Shown here: positions 39,828 to 49,208 of the stretch, one piece after another | How positions within the stretch are numbered: the stretch's first letter is position 1 | Layout of the letters: each line of letters starts with the position of its first letter | Source: an uncultured bacterium | Lineage (GTDB): Bacteria; SAR324; NAC60-12 | Direction: 5' to 3' | NCBI GenBank assembly: GCA_965662235.1 | Contig: CBFIGY010000011.1 | Span: forward strand, 1 to 64,000 | DNA length: 64,000 nucleotides | Position numbers and translations under genes: made by a program | The notes under the pieces: generated by a model | What the model was told of the DNA's origin: nothing | Database searches by the model: none | The model's input: the letters and a program-made list of their open reading frames with translations, nothing else

Positions 39828-40832
39828 ATGATTCAATTTGCTTGCATTGGTTTGGACCACCGTCACGTGTACGGCATGACGGAGGGATTGATTGCTGCTG
39901 GAGCCCGCTGCGTGGGGTTCTACACTCGAGAAGACGCAGAGCCCCTGGAAGGCTTTGTGCGTCGGTTCCCGGAGGTTCCCCGCGTGGCGACGCCAGAGGA
40001 GCTTTATGAGCGCGACGACCTTCAGGTCATCGTCTGTGCCGGAATTCCTGCCGAGCGGGCGGAGATCTGCATTCAGGCCATGCGGCACGGCAAGGACGTC
40101 ATGGTGGACAAACCCGGGGTGATTTCGCTGCAGCAGCTGGAGGCCGTGAAGGCGGCCCAAGCGGAAACCGGTGCCCGCTACAGCATCGACTTTTCTGAGC
40201 ACTTTGAGGTCCCGGCGACCCTGAAGGCTAAGGAACTGATCGACCAAGGCGTCATTGGACAAGTGGTCCAGACCCTTGGGTTGGGACCTCACCGGCACAA
40301 CGCGCACCTGCGGCGTCCCTGGTTTTATGAGAAGGCGCAGTACGGAGGCATTCTCACGGACATTGCTTCGCACCAGATCGACCAGTTCCTCTGGCTCACG
40401 GGCTCTTCTGACGCTGAGATTGTCAGCAGCGCCGTGGGCAACTACGCCAATCCGCAACATCCCGAGCTGGAGGATTACGGCGAGGTCTCTTTGCGCAGCG
40501 CCACGGCCAATGGCTTCATTCGGGTGGACTGGTACACTCCAGACGCGCTGCCCACCTGGGGAGACGGGCGCCTCTTCATTCAGGGCACAGAAGGGTACAT
40601 GGAACTGCGCAAGTACGTGGACATTCAAGGTGCCGACGGAGACAACCACCTCCTGCTTGTGACCGGAGACCGCTATGAACGCATTGACTGCCGTTCGGTG
40701 CCAGTGACGTACTTTGAGCAGTTCCTTGAAGACGTCCGGAACCGGACGGAAACGACGATGACGCATGAGCACTGCTTCACGGTCTGCCGCCTCGCTCTGG
40801 AAGCCCAGGCCCGCGCCTCTCGTCTGACCTGA
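39828..40832 (+). CDS. Gfo/Idh/MocA oxidoreductase
   Basis: GLDH.H, VDKP, GPHR, GGIL.DIASHQID and WGDGR motifs. Confidence 0.85.
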   Translation: MIQFACIGLDHRHVYGMTEGLIAAGARCVGFYTREDAEPLEGFVRRFPEVPRVATPEELYERDDLQVIVCAGIPAERAEICIQAMRHGKDVMVDKPGVISLQQLEAVKAAQAETGARYSIDFSEHFEVPATLKAKELIDQGVIGQVVQTLGLGPHRHNAHLRRPWFYEKAQYGGILTDIASHQIDQFLWLTGSSDAEIVSSAVGNYANPQHPELEDYGEVSLRSATANGFIRVDWYTPDALPTWGDGRLFIQGTEGYMELRKYVDIQGADGDNHLLLVTGDRYERIDCRSVPVTYFEQFLEDVRNRTETTMTHEHCFTVCRLALEAQARASRLT

Positions 40833-40840
40833 GCCTCCGT

Positions 40841-43800
40841 ATGCCGGCACTGCCTCCTTACCAATGGCCCTTGCACCGAACCCGCATCCGGCAATTCCGT
40901 GAACGGGTCGAGGCTCGGATCCTAGCAGACTGGGTGCCCCTGCAGGCACGTTTTGCCCGGACGGTTGACCCGGTGCCGTTTGCGGAGCGGCAGGCCTTGG
41001 CCTACCAGCCCATTGAAGAAGGAGCGGTCTGGGGCACGACCTGGGACAGCGCCTGGTTTCACCTGACGGGAACCATCCCGGAGGCATGGCGTCACGAGAG
41101 AGTGGTGGCCGTGTTGGATTTCAATGGTGAGGGGTTGGTGTTCTCAGAAACCGGAGACCCGCTGCAGGGGCTGACGAACGGCAGCGTGTTTGGTGACCTG
41201 ACCCGCAACACCTTCCGGATTCCCTCCTCGAATGGCGCCCGCCCGTCGGTGGACCTGTGGGTCGAGGCGGCGGCCAATGGCCTTTCGGGAGTTGCACAGC
41301 AGCGCAACCCACCCGGAACATTGAACCGAGAGGGCCTTTATGAAGGTCGCGTGAACCGCATCCGGCTGGCTCGTTTCCCGGAGGAACTCTATCACCTTTG
41401 GCTGGATCTGGAGGTGCTGGAAGGCGTCTTGGACACGGTTCCGGAAGACTCCATGCGGTTTGCCCGTCTCCTCCAGGGGCTGGTGGCGGTGCAGGCTGTG
41501 TATGCCGACCAACCGGAGAACGCATCTCAGTGCCGGGCCTTTTTGGCGCCGCTGCTGCAGATGCCTGCCCATGCAACCACCCTGACCCTCCAAACCGTTG
41601 GGCACGCCCACATTGACACCGGATGGCTCTGGCCCGTCCGGGAAACGATCCGCAAGTGTGCCCGGACCTTTGCCAACCAGTTGGACCTTCTGGAACGCTA
41701 TCCGGACTACGTCTTTGGGGCATCGCAGCCCCAGCACTATGCCTTTGTCAAGCAGCACTACCCAACGCTGTATGCTCGGGTGCAGGAGGCGGTCGCGTCC
41801 GGGCGCTGGGAGCTTCAGGGCGGCATGTGGGTGGAGCCCGACTGCAACCTGGTGAGCGGCGAGTCTCTGGTACGGCAGATTCTTCATGGCAAGAACTTCT
41901 TCTGGCAGGAGTTTGGAGTGGAGGTCAAGACCTGCTGGATTCCGGACGTTTTCGGGTACTCCGCGGCACTGCCTCAGATTCTGCGCAAGTCCGGGATTTC
42001 GAGCTTCCTGACACAGAAGATCAGCTGGAACCAGTTCAACCGCTTCCCGCACCACACCTTCCGGTGGCAGGGGTTGGATGGCTCCGAAGTGCTCACCCAC
42101 TTTCCTCCTGAAGACACCTACAACAGCCAACTGACAGCGGCTGGACTCAAGAAGGCGGAGCGGCAGTTTGCAGAGAAGGGGTTTCTGGACACAGCAATGA
42201 ACCTCTTTGGCGTCGGAGACGGCGGAGGCGGTCCGACAGCAGAGATGATTGAACGCGGCAGGCGGCACCAGAATCTGGAAGGCTTGCCCCGGGTCCGCTT
42301 CGGGCGTGCCGATGCGTTTTTCGAAGCCCTGGCGTCTCAGGCTGAAGAGCTTCCGGTGTGGGTGGGCGAGCTTTACCTCGAGTACCACCGTGGCACCTAC
42401 ACCTCGCAGGCCCGGACCAAGTGGAACAACCGCCGCTTGGAGGAAGCGCTCCGGGCAACAGAGTACCTTTACAGCCGCTTTCTTCCCCTAGACGCCTATC
42501 CTGCAGACACGCTTGAGGCGACCTGGAAGACCCTGCTCCTCAATCAGTTTCACGACATCCTTCCCGGGTCCAGCATCGGGTGGGTGTATGAGGTGACGGA
42601 ACGTGAGCATGCGCAGGCACTGGCCACCTGTGCCCACCTCCAAGACGCTGCGGCTGCGGTGGTGTTTCCAGAGCATCCGGACCGTTTGGTGCTGCTCAAC
42701 ACCCTGACGGTTCCCGTCACGTCCTCCCTGCTCCTCCCTTCCGGATGGGCGGGGGCTCAGCTTTTGGGCGGCCAGCCGCTGCCGACTCAGGCAGACCCGG
42801 ACGGTTCGGTCTGGGCTCAGATCACGGTTCCAAGCCAAAAGGTTCTGACGCTTGAGCGCGGTCCCGAGGCGCCGACGTCGGTTCCGGAACCGCAGCGGGT
42901 GCTGGAAAATGACTGGATCCGCTACGAACTGACGGAGCACGGTGAGCTGTGCCGGGCGTATGACAAGGAACTCCAGCGCGAGTGGTTGCCCCCGGGAACC
43001 CTGGGCAACGTCCTCTCGCTTTATGAAGACCAGCCTCACGCCTATGATGCCTGGGAAATCGACATCGGTTACGAAGCCTTGCTTCTGGAGACCGCTCAGG
43101 GGCAGTCTTGGACCTCGATGGGAAGCGGGCCGGTGCAGCAAGGACTGCGCTTCGTGCTCCGCGTGGGGCTGTCGACCCTGACCCAAACCCTGACGCTGGC
43201 AACGCACTCCCGGGAGCTGCGGGTGACCACCGAAGTGGACTGGCAGGAAACGCACCGGATGCTCCGTGTCGCCTTCCCGGTTGCGGTGCAGAGTGACGCT
43301 GCGACCTTTGCCGTGCAGTTTGGCACCGTCAAGCGTCCGACTCATCAGAACACCAGTTGGGACGTCGCGCGCTTCGAAAGCGTTGCCCACCAGTTTGTGG
43401 ACCTCTCGGATGCGTCCGGAGGCGTGGCACTGCTCAACGATGGCAAGTACGGACACAAGGTTCAGGGCGCCTGCCTCGACCTCAACCTCCTCCGCTCTCC
43501 CACCGATCCGGATCCGCACGCAGATCAAGGCCTCCACCGCTTCACCTACAGCTTCTTTCCTCATCCGGGAGACGTCGTCACCGGAAACGTTTGGGCGCAG
43601 GCGCAGGCTCTCAATCAGCCGCCGCTGTGCTTTCCCGGACGCACGGCCATGGAAACAGAGGCGCCGCAGGTTCGGGTGGTGGGCGAAGGTCTCAGCCTAG
43701 AAGCCTTCAAGAAAGCCGAGCAGGAAGCCTGCTGGGTGATCCGGATTGTGGAGGTGCTCGGGCGGAGCTGCACGGGGGGCCTCGAAGTGCCTCCGGAAGT

Positions 43801-43939
43801 TGAGATTGAGGAGACGGACCTGATGGAGTGGAAGCCCCTTGCTGGGCGACATACGGGGGCCATGCCATTGAACTTTCAGCCTTTTGAAATCCGGACCTTC
43901 AAGCTGTACCCACCACCGGAGTTGTCTTCAGACTCCTGA
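40841..43939 (+). CDS. Alpha-mannosidase, GH38 (cytoplasmic type)
   Basis: GHAHID..WLW, GGMWVE.D.N, WIPDVFGYS, GELYLEYHRGTYTSQ and NQFHDILPGS motifs. Confidence 0.92.
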   Translation: MPALPPYQWPLHRTRIRQFRERVEARILADWVPLQARFARTVDPVPFAERQALAYQPIEEGAVWGTTWDSAWFHLTGTIPEAWRHERVVAVLDFNGEGLVFSETGDPLQGLTNGSVFGDLTRNTFRIPSSNGARPSVDLWVEAAANGLSGVAQQRNPPGTLNREGLYEGRVNRIRLARFPEELYHLWLDLEVLEGVLDTVPEDSMRFARLLQGLVAVQAVYADQPENASQCRAFLAPLLQMPAHATTLTLQTVGHAHIDTGWLWPVRETIRKCARTFANQLDLLERYPDYVFGASQPQHYAFVKQHYPTLYARVQEAVASGRWELQGGMWVEPDCNLVSGESLVRQILHGKNFFWQEFGVEVKTCWIPDVFGYSAALPQILRKSGISSFLTQKISWNQFNRFPHHTFRWQGLDGSEVLTHFPPEDTYNSQLTAAGLKKAERQFAEKGFLDTAMNLFGVGDGGGGPTAEMIERGRRHQNLEGLPRVRFGRADAFFEALASQAEELPVWVGELYLEYHRGTYTSQARTKWNNRRLEEALRATEYLYSRFLPLDAYPADTLEATWKTLLLNQFHDILPGSSIGWVYEVTEREHAQALATCAHLQDAAAAVVFPEHPDRLVLLNTLTVPVTSSLLLPSGWAGAQLLGGQPLPTQADPDGSVWAQITVPSQKVLTLERGPEAPTSVPEPQRVLENDWIRYELTEHGELCRAYDKELQREWLPPGTLGNVLSLYEDQPHAYDAWEIDIGYEALLLETAQGQSWTSMGSGPVQQGLRFVLRVGLSTLTQTLTLATHSRELRVTTEVDWQETHRMLRVAFPVAVQSDAATFAVQFGTVKRPTHQNTSWDVARFESVAHQFVDLSDASGGVALLNDGKYGHKVQGACLDLNLLRSPTDPDPHADQGLHRFTYSFFPHPGDVVTGNVWAQAQALNQPPLCFPGRTAMETEAPQVRVVGEGLSLEAFKKAEQEACWVIRIVEVLGRSCTGGLEVPPEVEIEETDLMEWKPLAGRHTGAMPLNFQPFEIRTFKLYPPPELSSDS

Positions 43940-44087
43940 AAAGACGCTGTCGCTTGCTCCTTTTTTCTGGACTCGTCACAATGGAAACCTTCCTCTGAGG
44001 GAACCTGCTCCTGAGCCGGAACCTCCGGCATCAGCAGGCCCACCTTGGGCCAGGCGCCCACGTTCATTGGTCTTCATCACAACTTCC

Positions 44088-44813
44088 ATGAAATCAGATG
44101 CATCTTCCTCCTCAGTAGCTGAGGGGAGGCTTTTTGGCATTGGTGTTGGTCCGGGCGACCCCGAGCTGTTGACGCTGCAAGCGGTCCGGGTCATGAACGA
44201 ATGTGCGGTGCTGGCGTGGCCGGCGCCAGAGAGTGGCCGGGGGTTGGCATTTGACATTGCAGCGCCGCACCTACGAAACGAGTCACAGACCCGGCTTCCG
44301 CTGCACCTGCCGATTGGGCTCGACCCCTTTCCCGCGCAGCAGGCGTATGACGGAATGGCGGAGCGCCTGACTCCGTGGCTGGAGAGCGGTGCAACGGTTG
44401 GGGTCCTGTGCGAGGGCGACCCGCTTTTTTATGGCTCGTTCATGTACCTCTTGGAGCGGCTGGGAAGTCAGTTCCCGGTGACGGTGGTTCCGGGAGTTTC
44501 GTCGCTGATGGCCTGTGCTGCGGCAGCAAAGTGGCCTCTGGTTTCGCGCAATGAGCCGTTTCAGGTGCTGCCGGGGCCGCTTCCGAACGAGGTCCTCGAA
44601 GAGTGCCTCAGCCGTCCGGGAACTTACGCCTTGATGAAGGTGGGGCGTCACTTTGCGCGACTGCGGGGGGTGCTGCGGGAATTGGGGCTGCTGAAGACGT
44701 CCTGCTACATCGCGCACGCTTCCCGTCCGGATGAGCAGGTGCTGCCGCTGGAGGAGGTGGTTCCGGAGGAAGTGCCTTACTTTTCCATGATTTTGGTGAA
44801 AACGCATGCCTGA
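44088..44813 (+). CDS. cobI: Precorrin-2 C20-methyltransferase
   Basis: GIGVGPGDPELLT, EGDPLFYGS, PGVSS, MKVGR and PYFS motifs. Confidence 0.88.
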   Translation: MKSDASSSSVAEGRLFGIGVGPGDPELLTLQAVRVMNECAVLAWPAPESGRGLAFDIAAPHLRNESQTRLPLHLPIGLDPFPAQQAYDGMAERLTPWLESGATVGVLCEGDPLFYGSFMYLLERLGSQFPVTVVPGVSSLMACAAAAKWPLVSRNEPFQVLPGPLPNEVLEECLSRPGTYALMKVGRHFARLRGVLRELGLLKTSCYIAHASRPDEQVLPLEEVVPEEVPYFSMILVKTHA

Positions 44814-46605
44814 CCCAATTGTCCTCTGTTTGAATGACGCTTCTCGCCCGCTTGCGGAGCAGGTGGCAGACGCGATTGGAGGAGTGGTGCATGGGCGCAC
44901 CGGGCGGGTGTCTGAGGCAGCAGAACACTTTTCGGACACGGTGACGCACCTGCAGGCTTGCTTTCAACAGGGGCACCCCTTGATTGCGCTCTGTGCCGCG
45001 GGCATTGTCATCCGGGCGCTGGCCCCGCTGCTGGCGGACAAACGGCAGGAGCCTCCGGTGCTGGTGGTGTCGGAAAATGGCGCTTCGGTGATTCCGCTGC
45101 TTGGAGGACACCAGCAGGCCAACCGTTTGGCGCAGACGCTGGCAGAAGCCCTTTCGGCTCATGCCGCTGTGAGCACCGCAGGAGACCTCCGGTTTGGCAT
45201 CGCGTTGGACGATCCGCCTGATGGACTGACACTCGCGCATCCGGAGGCTGCCAAGTCCTTTATGGCGGCATTGCTGTCCGGCGCCTCGGTTCGCCTTGAA
45301 GGGCACCACCCTTGGCTGGCGGAGGCGACGTTGCCGTGGGCAGACGACGCGACGCACGCGCTGGTAGTGACGCCTCAGGTGCTCCCGGAACATCCGGAGC
45401 GTTTGGTGTATCACCCCCGAACCCTGACGCTGGGGGTGGGGTGCGAACGTGGGTGTTCTGTGGAAGAACTGCAGGCGCTGGTCACCGAGACCCTGGTGGC
45501 GCATCAGCTGGCACCTGAAGCGGTGGCCGGAGTCTATTCCCTGGACCTCAAGGCCGATGAGCCGGCTGTGCAGGCACTGGGGGCACAGTTAGAGAGGCCG
45601 GTGCGTTTCTTTTCCGCAGCAACCCTAGAGCAGGAGGCTCCGCGTTTGGCGCATCCTTCTGAAGTGGTGTTTCAGGAAGTGGGCTGTCACGGGGTCGCTG
45701 AGGGAGCAGCACTTGCTGCAGCGGGTCCGGAGGGGCTCCTGCGTGTTCCCAAACAGAAATCCACCCGAGCAACCTGCGCAGTGGCAGAAGTGCCTCAGCC
45801 GCTCGATGGCGCTGCGTGTGGGCGTTCGCAGGGGGTGCTCTCGGTGGTGGGAACCGGCCCCGGACAAGCGTCCTGGCGTCTGCCGGAGAGCGAACAGTGG
45901 CTCCGCGAGGCAACGGACTGGGTGGGGTATGGGCTGTACCTGGACCTCGTGGAGGACCTTCATGAAGCCCAGACGCAGCACCGGTTTCCGCTCGGTGAGG
46001 AGACCGATCGGGTTCGGCATGCCTGGGAGCTGGCGGCTTCCGGGAAAAACGTGGCGCTGATTTCTTCAGGAGACCCCGGAATTTATGCCATGGCGACGCT
46101 GGTGTTTGAGCTGCTGGAGGCCGAGGGAACTCCCGCGTGGCAACGGGTGCAGGTGCAGGTTGCTCCCGGCATTTCGGCGCTGCAGGCGGCTTCGGCTCGC
46201 ATGGGGGCGCCGCTTGGACATGACTTCTGTGCCCTCTCGCTTTCGGACCTCCTGACTCCCCGAGAAGTGATTGAGCAGCGGGTGGAAGCGGCGGCAGCGG
46301 CTGATTTTGTCATTGCTTTCTACAACCCGGTTTCTCGGCGGCGGACGGAGCTGCTGGAGTGGGCCCGGGACCGGCTGCTCGCGCATCGACCTGCAGACAC
46401 TCCGGTGCTGCTGGCCCGGAACCTAGGACGCCCTCAGGAGTCGCTGCAGGTGCGGTCGCTTGCGGAACTGCGGAGTGCAGAGGTCGACATGCTGACGGTG
46501 GTGCTGGTGGGGTCGTCACAGACCCGATTGGTTGATCAGCCCACGCGTCGCTGGATGTTCACGCCCCGAGGGTATGCAAAAAAACGCTCTGGGACTGGAA
46601 ACTGA
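44806..46605 (+). CDS. cobJ: CbiG-CobJ fusion (precorrin-3B C17-methyltransferase)
   Basis: N-terminal CbiG motifs (A.GIVIR, DK..EP.V, GGH..AN, GVGCERG, GVAE.AA); C-terminal SSGDPGIY, GAPLGHDF, FYNP.S and TPRGY. Confidence 0.88.
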   Translation: MPDPIVLCLNDASRPLAEQVADAIGGVVHGRTGRVSEAAEHFSDTVTHLQACFQQGHPLIALCAAGIVIRALAPLLADKRQEPPVLVVSENGASVIPLLGGHQQANRLAQTLAEALSAHAAVSTAGDLRFGIALDDPPDGLTLAHPEAAKSFMAALLSGASVRLEGHHPWLAEATLPWADDATHALVVTPQVLPEHPERLVYHPRTLTLGVGCERGCSVEELQALVTETLVAHQLAPEAVAGVYSLDLKADEPAVQALGAQLERPVRFFSAATLEQEAPRLAHPSEVVFQEVGCHGVAEGAALAAAGPEGLLRVPKQKSTRATCAVAEVPQPLDGAACGRSQGVLSVVGTGPGQASWRLPESEQWLREATDWVGYGLYLDLVEDLHEAQTQHRFPLGEETDRVRHAWELAASGKNVALISSGDPGIYAMATLVFELLEAEGTPAWQRVQVQVAPGISALQAASARMGAPLGHDFCALSLSDLLTPREVIEQRVEAAAAADFVIAFYNPVSRRRTELLEWARDRLLAHRPADTPVLLARNLGRPQESLQVRSLAELRSAEVDMLTVVLVGSSQTRLVDQPTRRWMFTPRGYAKKRSGTGN

Positions 46606-46667
46606 GCGGACTTCCTGTCATCCTCCCCCAACGTCCTTCTTGCTCTCTTTTTCTGACTCAGGTGGCT

Positions 46668-47315
46668 ATGACGCTCGCACTTTTTGACCTTGACCACACC
46701 CTGCTGGATGGGGACACGGAACGCCTGTGGGCCACTCGGCAGATTGAGTTGGGCTTCATGGAGGCATCGGTGATGGATCGATTTGCCGCATTTGATCAGG
46801 ATTACGTGGCAGGGAAGCTCGATCTGCGGGCCTACATGCGTTACTACTTTGAGCCGCATCAGCGGCTGCCGCGAACCCTTTTGGAGCAGGCCCGGGATCA
46901 GTTTCTGGAAGAGGTCATCCGGCCTCGGCTTCGGCTTGCCAAACAGGTGGCTTGGCACCGGGAGCAGGGGCACGATTTGGTGCTCATTACCGCATCTTCC
47001 TGCTTCACAGGGTTGCCCATTGCCAAACTGCTGGGTTTTGTCCATGGGTTGGCCACTGACATTGAGGAGACGCCGGAAAGATTTACCGGGGAGATCATCG
47101 GAACGCCTTGCTTCCGGGAACAGAAGCTGGTGCGGCTGCAGGCCCTCATGGAGGCTCATGGCTGGAGCCTAGAGGAAAGCTGGGGGTACAGCGACTCCAT
47201 CAACGACCTGCCTCTGCTGGAAGCGGTCACACACCCGGTTCTCGTGACCCCTGACGCACGGCTGCAGGCGATTGGGGAAGCCCGGGGATGGAAGATCTTG
47301 GAGGATTTGTCCTGA
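46668..47315 (+). CDS. HAD-IB family hydrolase
   Basis: FDLDHTL, ITAS, K and YSDSINDLPLL motifs. Confidence 0.88.
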   Translation: MTLALFDLDHTLLDGDTERLWATRQIELGFMEASVMDRFAAFDQDYVAGKLDLRAYMRYYFEPHQRLPRTLLEQARDQFLEEVIRPRLRLAKQVAWHREQGHDLVLITASSCFTGLPIAKLLGFVHGLATDIEETPERFTGEIIGTPCFREQKLVRLQALMEAHGWSLEESWGYSDSINDLPLLEAVTHPVLVTPDARLQAIGEARGWKILEDLS

Positions 47316-47350
47316 GGCAGGTGGAAGGGCTGGCAAGCCAACCCTTCCGG

Positions 47351-47381
47351 TAAACAGGCAGACCTCAAAGGGCCCGCCTGT
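47351..47381 (-). terminator. Hairpin downstream of the small ORF
   Basis: ACAGGCGGGCC-ctttga-GGTCTGCCTGT-tta; the 11-bp stem closes with two G-U pairs only on the minus strand. Confidence 0.5.
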
Positions 47382-47388
47382 GGGGACG

Positions 47389-47529
47389 CTAGAAATGGTG
47401 CAGAGAGTGTGCCGCCATTGAATGAGGGGTCGTTTTTTTGACCGAGACCGCGTGCAGGTTGAGGGCATTGAGCAGCAAGCTCAGCGCGATTCCGGTGCCG
47501 AGAGCCAGCAGGCGAATTTTTAGAGTCAT
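47389..47529 (-). CDS. Putative 46-aa small protein
   Basis: MTLKIRLLALGTGIALSLLLNALNLHAVSVKKTTPHSMAAHSLHHF*; GAGG 5 nt before the ATG; downstream hairpin. Confidence 0.55.
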   Translation of the reverse strand: MTLKIRLLALGTGIALSLLLNALNLHAVSVKKTTPHSMAAHSLHHF

Positions 47530-47755
47530 GTGGACCTCATGCGCAGGGAGTGAGTGAAAGTCCCTACCGTACGGGGTGCATGTGATGATTGATTGCTGAA
47601 CACGTTAGAGTTCCGTGAGATTTCCTCCCTGTCGAGGGAGAGAAATGGTGCTGTTTGATGAAAACGGCATGTTTTTTGGAGCCCTGCTCCTTCAATAGGA
47701 CCTGAAAGCCCGTTCAGGCGCTTTAAAAACCTCAGATCAAGGACCCTGAATCCTT

Positions 47756-48643
47756 ATGAAATTTCGAGTACTCATCCTGACCCTCTCTCTCGCCCTCCTC
47801 TCCAACGGGGCCATGGCCAAGTCGCCAACGGCCGCCTATCAAGGTAAGTACAAGGCTGTGTTGCTGCTCAACGCGGACACCGGCAAGCCACTCCTCGCGG
47901 AAAACATTGACCGGACGGTGTATCCGGCCTCAGTGGTGAAGCTGATGACGGCGTTGCTGACGCTGGAAGCCGTGGAATCGGGTGATGTGCACTGGAAGGA
48001 TGTGGTCGAGGTGTCTCGGAAGGCAAGCCGGATTGGCGGCAGCCAGGTTTACCTCAAGCAGGGGGAACGGTTTGCGCTGCAGGAGTTGACCAAAGCCATG
48101 ATCATCAGCTCAGCCAATGATGCGGCCTATGCCATTTCCGAGTACCTCGGAGGAACCTCGGAGGACTTTGTGTTCCAGATGAATGAGCGGGCCCGTCAAC
48201 TGGGCATGAACCACACCCGATACACCAGCCCACACGGTTTGCCACCAGGACGGAACCAGAAGCCGAACATCACGACCGCCCGGGACCTGTCCCTACTCGC
48301 GCAGGAGGTGCTGAAGCACCCAACCTACTTCAAGTGGTCCTCGACTCGGCTCGACTCTTTCCGCAAGGGCACCTTTCAGCTCCTCAACACGAACCACAAG
48401 CTGCTCCGAAGTTACGACGGCATGGACGGGATGAAGACGGGCTACTACCGCAAAGCGGGCTTCAACCTGGTGGCCACGGCCCACCGGAATGGTGAGCGCC
48501 TGATCTCCATTGTGATCGGCTCCCCCAACTCTCGGGTCCGGAACCAGCTGACCGCCGCCCTGCTGGATTCAGGCTTCCAGCACCTTGCGCAACAGGCGCA
48601 TCCGGAAGACGCGGAAGGCCTCCACTCCTTGGCCACCCGCTAA
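47756..48643 (+). CDS. D-alanyl-D-alanine carboxypeptidase/endopeptidase (peptidase S11)
   Basis: Signal peptide, SVVK, SAN, HGL and KTG motifs; no C-terminal PBP5 domain. Confidence 0.88.
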   Translation: MKFRVLILTLSLALLSNGAMAKSPTAAYQGKYKAVLLLNADTGKPLLAENIDRTVYPASVVKLMTALLTLEAVESGDVHWKDVVEVSRKASRIGGSQVYLKQGERFALQELTKAMIISSANDAAYAISEYLGGTSEDFVFQMNERARQLGMNHTRYTSPHGLPPGRNQKPNITTARDLSLLAQEVLKHPTYFKWSSTRLDSFRKGTFQLLNTNHKLLRSYDGMDGMKTGYYRKAGFNLVATAHRNGERLISIVIGSPNSRVRNQLTAALLDSGFQHLAQQAHPEDAEGLHSLATR

Positions 48644-48698
48644 GCCCCCCTTTAGACGCCTCCGGGTGTTTCCCCACCGGCGTTGGCTCCTTCCGGGG

Positions 48699-49010
48699 TC
48701 AGGACGCCGGAGGGGCAAAGACGTTCCACCGCTGCAGGCAGTTGCTCTTGATCTGAGCGTTCACGACCCGGTGGCAAAAGAGGTCATCCCCCTTGATCAT
48801 GCCTCGGCAGTAGTTGCGCCGGTCCTTTTCCAGAATCTCCTCACAGAATAAAGACGCGACCGTTGGGTCAGGCGTGTTCAGGGCCTGACAGAGGTACCGG
48901 TCGTCCCCAAAGTCAACCCGTTCACAGGGACGGGCGGGAGCAACAGAGTCGGAGGCGGACGCGCAGCCGACCAGCAGCAGCGCGATGCCCAGCAACACAG
49001 AGGGATTCAT
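48699..49010 (-). CDS. Cys-repeat lipoprotein
   Basis: LLVGC lipobox and three C-x11-C units. Confidence 0.65.
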   Translation of the reverse strand: MNPSVLLGIALLLVGCASASDSVAPARPCERVDFGDDRYLCQALNTPDPTVASLFCEEILEKDRRNYCRGMIKGDDLFCHRVVNAQIKSNCLQRWNVFAPPAS

Positions 49011-49208
49011 GGAGCATTGTTTGTGGGTAAGGAAAGGAGCCAGTCGGTCAAAATGCCTGAGGCTGTCCGGAAACGCACAACTCTACCGCACGTGCCCCAT
49101 TTGGCACAAGAAGAGTTTTGAACAGCCGGTTGCTCGCCAGTCGCAAGGGTAGAAAAAAGAGGCGCCCGGCGGAAGAGACGCTTTTGAGGCGAGGTGGAGG
49201 CGCCTGCG

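Noticed and set aside
43940..44087. Cobalamin riboswitch upstream of cobI
   Set aside because: There is a GGGAA and a long hairpin (44004-44038), but no GCCCCCGCAACTGT or GCCACTG and no B12-box, and the gap is short.
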